NCBI GenBank assembly: GCA_023515795.1 | Contig: JALGPX010000095.1 | Span: 1-42,875 of the forward strand | Direction of reading: 5' to 3' | Source: Amoeboaphelidium occidentale | Taxonomy: Eukaryota | DNA length: 42,875 nucleotides | Shown: positions 34,634 to 42,875 of the stretch, one piece after another | Position numbering within the stretch: the stretch's first letter is position 1 | Layout: the number at the start of each line of letters is the position of its first letter | Made by a program: the position numbers and the translations under genes | The notes under the pieces: model-generated | Told to the model about the DNA's origin: nothing | The model's database searches: none | What the model saw: only the letters and a program-made list of their open reading frames with translations

Positions 34634-35999
34634 TCATTGCGCTGGGAGAGGTGCAATTTTCTGTATTTCTCTTATAAGGAATGCCTTCTCTTCATTAAAT
34701 TGCTCATCATCTTGTCTGTCATTATGAAAGTCACCCAAAAAGACTAAAAGTTTATCCTGGTTCCTTTGCAATATATCAAGAATAGGGCGAGGCTTATTGG
34801 GATTTGCAACAAACACTTTAAATACATGAAATGCCTCAAACTGAATGTTGCGAGACTTATCACGAAGAAGGTCCATCATTAGTTTTAGATTTGTTGCATT
34901 CGCGATATATCTTGTCATGATGTTAAAGTTAGATCTGTCTAAAAGAAGTTCACCAAGAAGCTACACATAAGAATGAAACGGCGAGACAAACCTTCAAACC
35001 CTGTCGCTTAGTAACGTAATTATTACTCTTCAATAGAGCGGTATACTTTTCAAAAAACAAGTCATAATTCTTCTCCAAGAACTCCGCCACGACAGCCTAA
35101 AACAGTTAATGAGGCAGAAAGGTAAGAAGAAACCTTGTGTCTTGTCAACAACTCTTTGAAAGTAGCAAACGCATCCGAAGCAATATCAAAGGTTGACAAA
35201 TCGACGTACTGGAAGAACTTGAAGAAATACTGCGACTGTTGTGTGTACAGAATGATCTTTGTCAAAGATTCATGCCTGATACACTCACGCAAAATCATAC
35301 CACAATTCAAAGCGATTTCCTGATTCTCATATCTTTAAAGTATTATACAATGAAGACCACAAGAAGTTACCCATTTATCAGAGTTGTAAGGATCTCTTCT
35401 CTTGTGGAAAGATATTCTACAGTAGGCGATCTAGTACCAATCTGTCTTCTTAGCAAGTTATTAAACACTTGAGCAACATCTTTTTTGGCCTAGCAATAAG
35501 GAACATACACTTCAGTAAGCAGACCTCAAATTCGAACTTTGAAATATTCGAAACCAAAAGCTGAAGCAAATCGTTTTGATAGACTTCCTGTGACAACTGC
35601 GACACCAACTCAGGTACAGGTTCGCTTTCTACAATTGCAAAGAATAAGAGCGCTTGAGGCATTCAAGATTACCAGCATCACCGTACAGAATAGCCTTCAT
35701 AGACACTAAATTCTTTGATATTTCCTCCAGATACTTCAGAATAAGTCATCAGACAAGCAGTTAAGACTATAAACCTTCTCAACAGATTTCCTGTCCAGTG
35801 CAGGGCTGCTCGGATTAGAATCCCTCTGTGCTGCCAAAGCAGATAACTGAGTTTGCGATGTCGACGCAGGCACAGATGTAGCCAAAACAGCTGATAAGGG
35901 CTGGCCCTGTAAACTCTCGTTCAACTTTTGGATGAGTTCCTTTGTGGATCTGACTAATTCCTGTGGAGAGCGCTGCTTTGACCTGAAAAGGAATGACAT
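34634..35999 (-). CDS. CAB39: MO25/CAB39/Hym1 scaffold protein, 6 short introns
   Basis: Spliced [17 protein letters not shown]...[20 protein letters not shown]...[19 protein letters not shown]...[19 protein letters not shown]...[16 protein letters not shown]. Confidence 0.95.
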
Positions 36000-36063
36000 T
36001 TTAAGCTGCGGTCAGTCGTTTGAAGTTTTCGAAAGCTTTGGCGGTTGTTGTCTAAAAACGCTA

Positions 36064-36294
36064 ACGCAAACACTTAAGTCCTCTTCACAATCGAGGACTG
36101 TGACTTTTATAGATAGTGCGATTACGGCTAGCACGATGATAGAGCAATGCGATGAGGGAAGCTCACGGNNNNNNNNNNNNNNNNNNNNNACGCAAACACT
36201 TAAGTCCTCTTCACAATTGAGGACTGTGACTTTTATAGATAGTGCGATTACGGCTAGCACGATGATAGAGCAATGCGATGAGGGAAGCTCACGG
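36064..36294. repeat. 105-bp duplication flanking N-gap (36064-36168 vs 36190-36294), probable assembly artefact
   Basis: Copies differ by one substitution (aatcgagg/aattgagg). Confidence 0.85.
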
Positions 36295-36388
36295 TTTCAG
36301 GTCGAAACGGAATGAAACGTCAAGCACACAATAGATAAAAAGATTGCAACGCGATATATTAAAGTAATTCTAACAAATTTTACTTCAA

Positions 36389-36992
36389 TTATGCTTTAGC
36401 GTGTTGGCGAGTCCATTGTTTCGCTTCAAAATTAACCATCTCATACGAAACTGTTTACCTGTTTCAATCGCTGCCTTCTCATCCTCCTTCCAGTGAGCTG
36501 CGACATCATTCGCTAAAGGATCGTCTGGGTTTGGTGCAGATAGAAGCGCCTGGATCGAAAGCAAAACTGTTCTAATTTGCAAAGCTGGACTCCACTTATC
36601 CTTCAGAATATCTAAACAGATCCGTCCCAGTTTATCGATGTTTGGGTGATAAATTTTTGTGAGGAAACGGACTTTTGGTGCAGTCATTGGCTTCGCAGGA
36701 GTTAGTGGTCGATGCAGGTGCAAATGGTTACGTAGTCGTCTGGTAAGAAGAGTTCCAGTTTGAATTCTCCGCCTGTGATAATTAGACCTCCCATGAATAT
36801 TAAATTGGAACCTTCGAATGGGGATGAACCTGGGCCAGACATGAGAACATCAAAGTATCTGGCATTGTCGTCTTTTGGGGTTGCCTTGATTCCAGGCACA
36901 GGATCTGCCAGAAGCCTTTCGGTTTCCTTTGAATATCAGCGGAATGCTTTCATTTTGTGAATTACTTTAATTATTCTCTTTGATAATGACAT
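36389..36992 (-). CDS. UBC13: ubiquitin-conjugating enzyme E2 Ubc13/UBE2N, 4 introns
   Basis: [22 protein letters not shown]...[52 protein letters not shown]. Confidence 0.96.
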
Positions 36993-37096
36993 TATTTATT
37001 GCGGTGGGATGACTGTAGGGAAACAATTTTTTGGCTTGCTCGACACCGTCAAACATCGGCAAGCTTGTTCGGTCTGCCTTTTGATAGCGACAGCCA

Positions 37097-39700
37097 CTAA
37101 ATTCGCTTCATTAAAGCTTCCTCCAAGTCGCGCCTTGTTGTAAATATCTTTGCTGACTTCAATTGCTCCTCTGGAAGTGCACTTATTGCCCTGTTTACTG
37201 TGTTCTGGAATGTATCAACACTCAAAGCATAAAAATCAGCTCCAGTCCATTCAGTGTTCTGTAAATACTTGAGACAGATTTCATGTAAAAAATCATCATT
37301 CAACTCATCAACTTGTAATGGTAACTTGGACAGAACAGATTTTAGAACCGCCATTTTATCTTCCGGAGATTTGGGTGGCCCAATTAATACATGTCTGTCA
37401 AATCTGCCAGGACGCAATAGTTTAGAATCAAGCATATCAGGTCTGTTGGTTGCGCCTACAACCAGCACAAACCCGTCCTTCTTAGAGTTATCAATGTTAT
37501 CCATTTCTAATGTGAACTGTGAAACAATTCGACGTGATACTCTGTCTCCAACTTCAGATCCTTTAGAAGATGTTCCAAGTAGTGCATCAATTTCGTCAAA
37601 GAATAAGATACATCGATTAAGCTCCCTTGCATATTGGAAGAGCTCTCTGACACTCTTTTCTGTTTCTCCGACATACATGTTCATCAGCTCTGGTCCTTTT
37701 ACCTGCAAGAAGGAACAGTTCAATGAAGAGGCCATTGCTTTCGCCAATAATGTTTTGCCACAACCAGGCGGCCCATAAAATAAAACGCCCTTTCTAGACT
37801 TGGACATTATTGCATCCTGTATTTCTTGCTTGGCTGTGGAGAGCCCGCCAATATCTTCTAGGCGAACATTTGTGCTAGATAAAGAGAATTTTGCGTGTTC
37901 AAGTTCATTTTTGCCAGAAACAACACACTCTTTGTATGATGATATAAGTTTTTTGAGAAGAGAATTGTTCAGGAGAATGTTGTCATTTCTGGCGAGTTCT
38001 AACTTGATGAGTTTCAGTAATGTTTTGATATCATTAAAATTGAACTTGATCATGTCATCAAAGTGAACCTTTTGTGTTTCTTTTGCATAAACTGGCTGTC
38101 TTGGACAGGATGATACCAGTAACTGAAACTTCATGTTTTTTGATATCTGTAACGGAACACTAACATCGGCTTTATCTTTCACAGAATTATAAATATTTTC
38201 ATCTTCGTTCTCAGAAACTCTTATAATTGTAATGAGTTGCTTACTCCGGGCAAGTCGAAGAGCATCTTCCCAATTGAAGGATCGGTCATAGTTCAAGTAA
38301 ACAACTCCGATGAACGCATTCTCGTAACTGGAATTAAAACGATATCCATACAAGCCGCAAAATAAACGAATAACGTAAGTGGTTGCACTATTATCTCTGC
38401 AATCTAAATGTATCATCTTATTTCCTTTCTCCATCGTAAGCACAAATTGCAGTTGAGTTAGAACATTTTCTAACAGAGGTATCGTGTCGTAAACCGACAA
38501 CACATCTTCCTTGATGTCATCGTTGCGTATTTGAAACATTAAACATTCTGTGGAACCACTATAAGAAAGCTTAGTGTGTCCAAGTTTGAATTTAAATGAT
38601 CCTTCCATGCCTGCGGAACCGTTAATAGAAATAACTTTAAAATAAAGCTTCTTGCTTTCAGCATTACCAAATGGACCCTTGATACCATATATCAGTTCGC
38701 TTTCTGTGAAGGTAAGAGAAATATTATCATGGACAGAAAATGCTAGCGCTTCTGCATTGTTGGAGAAATAGTCTTGGAGTTTCTTATCGACCACTTCAGG
38801 ACAGTCGATACCAACAGAGCTGCTAAGAAGTTCTAGTTCGAAAGATTGTGCTTCTTTTGTAACATCAACATGTTGGGCACTCACACTGATGTAATCAACA
38901 GTGCCATCGTAATCAGAGGTGTTTCTTAATGACTCGGAAACAGTGTTTGAAACAAAAATTGAGGGGTCTCCTTTTAAGCCATTGGTATGTACGACTTGTA
39001 CGATAACTTTTACGCTGTGGCCACCCGCTTTTAGGAGCATAACAGAGCCATTCGACACGCCGCAAAGGAACATGTGATTAAGCGACATGTATGCAACACG
39101 ATCATTTTCGCCTTGGTAATTCTGTATAGTAACGACTCGTACCTTTCTGTTTTCTGGTATAAAATCCTCAAAGCCCTCCGCTGGGTCTTCCTCTTTCGGG
39201 TCTCCATTAACGAATACAAGTTTCGTGCGACCCGTTAATATACCACAATAATTACTCATCCCATCTTTTAAGAGGCTTATAGCTTTCACAGAACCATCCG
39301 CGTAATAGTCGCCCAGACGTACAATTTCCTTGTGGTCAATACCATTCCGTAAATAATCATCTTTGCCTTGGAACAAAACCGAATCCAACTCATAAGACAT
39401 AATATCCTCCACAGGTCGCACATAACATTCCTGGCTGTATTGCAATCTCAGGTAGTTTGGCCCTGAAAGACCAACTTGAATGGGACATGAATCGTCGTCG
39501 AGATGTTCAGCTCTGAATAGAAAAGCATAATCGCGTGGTTGGATAAATGCAACTTCAGTTTCGCCTACTTTTAGAAGGCTGAGTTCCTTATTTCCTTTAA
39601 ACTGAACTGTAACGAAGGCGCTAGTAAGCCCGATGGACTTTGGCAGTCCAATTGTTTGCGCTTCAGCCTCTACAATGTCGATTCGATCAAGTTTGAACAT
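37097..39700 (-). CDS. PEX6: peroxisomal AAA ATPase Pex6-like (degenerate D1, intact D2)
   Basis: Motifs GVLFYGPPGCGKTLLAKA, VKGPELMNMYVGE, FFDEIDAL, ATNRPD, LLRPGRFD and the Pex6-type TGADFYAL. Confidence 0.82.
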   Translation of the reverse strand: MFKLDRIDIVEAEAQTIGLPKSIGLTSAFVTVQFKGNKELSLLKVGETEVAFIQPRDYAFLFRAEHLDDDSCPIQVGLSGPNYLRLQYSQECYVRPVEDIMSYELDSVLFQGKDDYLRNGIDHKEIVRLGDYYADGSVKAISLLKDGMSNYCGILTGRTKLVFVNGDPKEEDPAEGFEDFIPENRKVRVVTIQNYQGENDRVAYMSLNHMFLCGVSNGSVMLLKAGGHSVKVIVQVVHTNGLKGDPSIFVSNTVSESLRNTSDYDGTVDYISVSAQHVDVTKEAQSFELELLSSSVGIDCPEVVDKKLQDYFSNNAEALAFSVHDNISLTFTESELIYGIKGPFGNAESKKLYFKVISINGSAGMEGSFKFKLGHTKLSYSGSTECLMFQIRNDDIKEDVLSVYDTIPLLENVLTQLQFVLTMEKGNKMIHLDCRDNSATTYVIRLFCGLYGYRFNSSYENAFIGVVYLNYDRSFNWEDALRLARSKQLITIIRVSENEDENIYNSVKDKADVSVPLQISKNMKFQLLVSSCPRQPVYAKETQKVHFDDMIKFNFNDIKTLLKLIKLELARNDNILLNNSLLKKLISSYKECVVSGKNELEHAKFSLSSTNVRLEDIGGLSTAKQEIQDAIMSKSRKGVLFYGPPGCGKTLLAKAMASSLNCSFLQVKGPELMNMYVGETEKSVRELFQYARELNRCILFFDEIDALLGTSSKGSEVGDRVSRRIVSQFTLEMDNIDNSKKDGFVLVVGATNRPDMLDSKLLRPGRFDRHVLIGPPKSPEDKMAVLKSVLSKLPLQVDELNDDFLHEICLKYLQNTEWTGADFYALSVDTFQNTVNRAISALPEEQLKSAKIFTTRRDLEEALMKRI

Positions 39701-39729
39701 TTCGCGAATACAAAACAAAAAAGATATAT

Positions 39730-41559
39730 TTACAACCGCAAGCCGTCTGTATAAATCCATTCAAGAGCTCTAGCAGGGGATAATAATTTACAGAAATGGA
39801 TTCCACCGGCAGCTTTAATGAAGAAATCAACTGGAAACATCATAGTTGGTGATTTGACTTCAAAACGATCTGGCTTGCCATCACTTCCACTTTGTTGAAC
39901 AGCATCATAGTTCAAGTCAGTCCAAATCCATCTTGCACCATTTAGGATTACTTGATCTTCTGTGTTGAAACCTAATGGGACACCGAAAGATTGAAAACGC
40001 ATAGCCATTGGTTCTGTAAATTTTCTTTCATCTTCTGAGCCAGCATTTCTAACAAGAGGCAGACCTTCTGTCTTGTACAAGTCATTAAGAATTTTTTCAG
40101 TTTCGCTCCAAGTTCTATCATTCTCTTCGACAGCCATCAAACCAATGCGTTTCAAAGCCCAATTCCAAGAATACAAATTCATCTATATGTTAGTGTCTGA
40201 AGCAAGATATCATTTTACCTTTGCGCATCTCATTTTATCATCAGAATCTAGATATTCATAGTTTGCAGTTTTGTTGCCTGCAGCTCTGTGTGCTGCTTCA
40301 CGGGACAAGAGCTTTGCTTTGATCTCAGATGCACTAACAGGTGCTTGTAAAAGAGTATCTTTTGAGGACTCATATTTGTTTTCACTCACAGAATTTACCA
40401 ATAAAAGGCACTGATCGTCAGGATGGCGACATCTTGTTCTAACATCAGGAAAGTGCAATGGAAAATGAACCCAACTCTTGTGGATCTCATTTCTAGAAAT
40501 AATGTTCACATTTCTTGCTATTAGACTTCCCATATCATTTTCATCGTCACCAACCATATGTCTCTGGACAAACATTGCCCAAGGTGATGATAACCAACAT
40601 GCATCCTCAACAGTTTCAGGCTTCGCATCATTAAAATCAGAGCATGGTCTGTGAAGTGAGTATGAAGCTTCAAGAAGCAAGCTGTCGATTATCGGGCCGA
40701 GAAGTCTAGAAGTCTCTTCATGATGCAAGTTTAACAATTGTTGATAATTTTCACTATTGCTAGAGAGCAGAGCGTACATTAAATCTGCGGTTTCTTTGTA
40801 TACTTTGTTATCTTTCTGTAAAGGAGTGAAGTCTGCCTTTTGAATCAAAGCGGAACCAGCATTCAAACTCGCAAAGCTTCGGTGCGAAACACCAGGAAGA
40901 ACCAAAACTTTGAATTTGGTAGAGCGTGTAGTCGCTTCATAGTATAACTCTTCTGCGTATTTGAACACTCTTGTAACACCGTCGAGATCACCACCAACCA
41001 CTAGAACATCATGATCGTCATGAGCAATAGTGTAATTTTTGAATTCAGGTGTAGTTACAGCGCCAAGAAGTGCAACTTTCTTAATAGGTGGAACATCGAT
41101 ACTTCCTGCTTTACAGTGCATAAGCCAGTCTTGAACTGTGTACGCTGCTGAGGAATGAGCGACTAGAACAACTTCATCAAGACCATCCATTTGATGCAAC
41201 ATTTTCTTGTAGCTTGACCATACACGCTTCGTAAAGGCAGAATATTTCGAACCAAGAGGAAGCTGGAAACCTGAGTGGTCTGAAACCAAACCAACTATAG
41301 CTGATACTCCGCGACTTTGGCCCTGAGCCTGTAGAGTATTAATAAGAGGATAATAATCAGTCAGTTTAAAATTCTCAGTACCAACAGCAAAAATAAAGCC
41401 AACTTTAACATTCTCAATGGATTTCGGGGAGATAATTATAACATCTTGTGCTTTTGAATCACCCATTTGATACTGATCCACTTCTCTGGGCAAGCATGCA
41501 GCAAGAGCAACCATGAACAGCAGCAGGTACATCCTTACCGACGTCGAGCAAAAATTCAT
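39730..41559 (-). CDS. secreted alpha/beta-hydrolase-like protein of unknown function; intron 40183-40218
   Basis: Signal peptide; LVAHSSAA (putative nucleophile), VGGDLDGVTR, PGVSHRSFA and C-terminal GIHFCKLLSPARALEWIYTDGL. Confidence 0.8.
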
Positions 41560-41596
41560 TTAAAGTTCAAGAGCTTACGATAAGCTAAACAAGAAA

Positions 41597-42466
41597 ATGA
41601 CTTTCAGCTTCCCACGCATCCCCAGTCTCGTCAAACTTGTCTGTGGCTTGAGGGCGCAAACAAGGCAGCTTTTGGGCGCAAACATGAGGGTAACTCTGAT
41701 TTTGAGTGGCACAATTAAATTATTCTCAGTATTTAACGCAAAAGATTGCACAAGATATCGACGTCAAGTTAATGTCCGCTGAAGGAGGATTTTCTTTGGA
41801 CCAATTGATGGAGTTGGCTGGCTTAAGCGTTGCTACCGCAATTTATGATGCTTACAAACCAGACATATTCAAAAGGCCGTTGATATGTTGCGGTATTCTT
41901 ATTTTTGGCTGTATGTGATATTTATCTTGTTTACGGTAGGGCCTGGAAATAATGGAGGCGATGGTCTTGTCGCAGCGCGGCATTTACACCATTTTGGTTA
42001 CAGCCCTACGGTGTTATATCCGAAACCGTCATCAAAAGATATTTATAACAGGGTTATCATTCAGTGCAAGAATCTGGGCATACCTTTCCTTGACAACTTA
42101 TCATCATCAGATTTGCAAACACACAAACACTACGATTTCCTGGTTGATGGCATCTTTGGCTTCGGATTTAAAGGGGACATTCGTCCGCCATTTGATCATA
42201 TACTGAAGGTTATGAAAAGCACAACGCTTCCAATCGTTTCAATTGATATTCCATCTGGTTGGGACGTGGAGAATGGCGACTTTACCGGTAACGGCATTAA
42301 GCCGGAAATGCTTGTGTCCCTGACTGCGCCTAAGCTGTGTGCCAAAAGCTTTAATGGGAAATATCATTACTTGGGCGGCAGGTTTATTCCCCCTTCAATC
42401 GCAAAAGAATATGAGTTGGAAATACCAAAATACGAAGCGCATAACCAATTCGTAAAGCTAAACTAA
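41597..42466 (+). CDS. NAXE: NAD(P)H-hydrate epimerase (YjeF-N); introns 41690-41729, 41893-41939
   Basis: Motifs FSLDQLMELAGLSVA, C|GPGNNGGDGLVAARHL, VDGIFGFGF, DIPSGWDVE and LVSLTAPK. Confidence 0.95.
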
Positions 42467-42581
42467 TTTATTACATCATATCCATCACACGGGTCCGAAA
42501 CCAAATAGATAAACCAAATAGCTCCTTTAACGCGAAATTTAATGATTTTTCGAAATAATGCTTTACTCCAGCTAGCCAAGG

Positions 42582-42875
42582 TTATCCACCGACAATGAAG
42601 TCGTTTCCCTTGCTTTTTTGTTGTTTCTTCGTTAGAAAATTAAATGGTCTTTCTCCCTTGTTCTCCTCCATGTGAATCAGAATCTTCCTTATGTTGTTAG
42701 CAGCGTTGAAGTCGCGATTCCAGCGTATCTTGCAAGTCTTGCAAATTCTGACCTGCCATCTTTTGCCTTCAGGTAACTCGCCTTCACACTGACAGCAAAA
42801 AAGTTTGCTTGTACGATGTTCCCAAACCAGACGGACAAGAGCATTCTTCTGTTTCAACGCTTTAAACAAACCCTT
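42582..42875 (-). mobile_element. second Fanzor/TnpB-like nuclease, C-terminal fragment, 5'-truncated by window edge
   Basis: The frame is open from 42875: KGLFKALKQK...VRLVWEHRTSK (RuvC-II Glu), CCQC...CKTC (Zn finger), WNRDFNAANNI (RuvC-III Asp), GERP. Confidence 0.88.

Noticed and set aside
35932..36315. 127-aa repeat-containing ORF
   Set aside because: Built from the gap duplication in intergenic DNA.
1..42875. One giant composite transposon bounded by the two inward-facing Fanzors
   Set aside because: The two nucleases are dissimilar, no shared terminal repeats are visible and the interior is ordinary housekeeping genes. Independent insertions at assembly breaks are more parsimonious.
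1..42875. CRISPR array, tRNA/rRNA genes, prokaryotic operons or non-standard genetic code
   Set aside because: No repeat-spacer array or recognisable structural RNA gene was seen, genes are spliced eukaryotic ones, and conserved proteins end properly at TAA, TAG and TGA.

Overview
Gene-dense eukaryotic DNA with about 24 complete genes in 42.9 kb. It uses the standard genetic code, has many tiny (about 31-47 nt) GT-AG introns, and has intergenic gaps often under 40 bp. Gene content mixes fungal-type genes (MDM31, cytochrome b5-fused acyl-CoA dehydrogenase) with animal/protist-type genes (cyclin Y, JTB, VWA8, a receptor-like TKL kinase), and mitochondrial and peroxisomal functions are intact. 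I infer an early-diverging holomycotan (aphelid-, rozellid- or chytrid-like). Both window edges cut through the C-terminal RuvC-II / Zn-finger / RuvC-III part of two different Fanzor (eukaryotic TnpB-like RNA-guided nuclease) genes that point inward. The left one carries a 37-nt spliceosomal intron and is followed by a candidate structured omega-RNA region. Other notable items are an intronless ~951-aa degenerate double-AAA protein with a Gly/Ser/Asn-rich insert and a CHY zinc finger, two paralogous secreted alpha/beta-hydrolase-like proteins (one lacking the catalytic Ser), divergent start codons only 8 bp apart, and a structured RPS4 intron. Three N-gaps have duplicated flanks with SNPs, most likely uncollapsed haplotypes. 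All calls come from motif recognition by eye; no searches were run.
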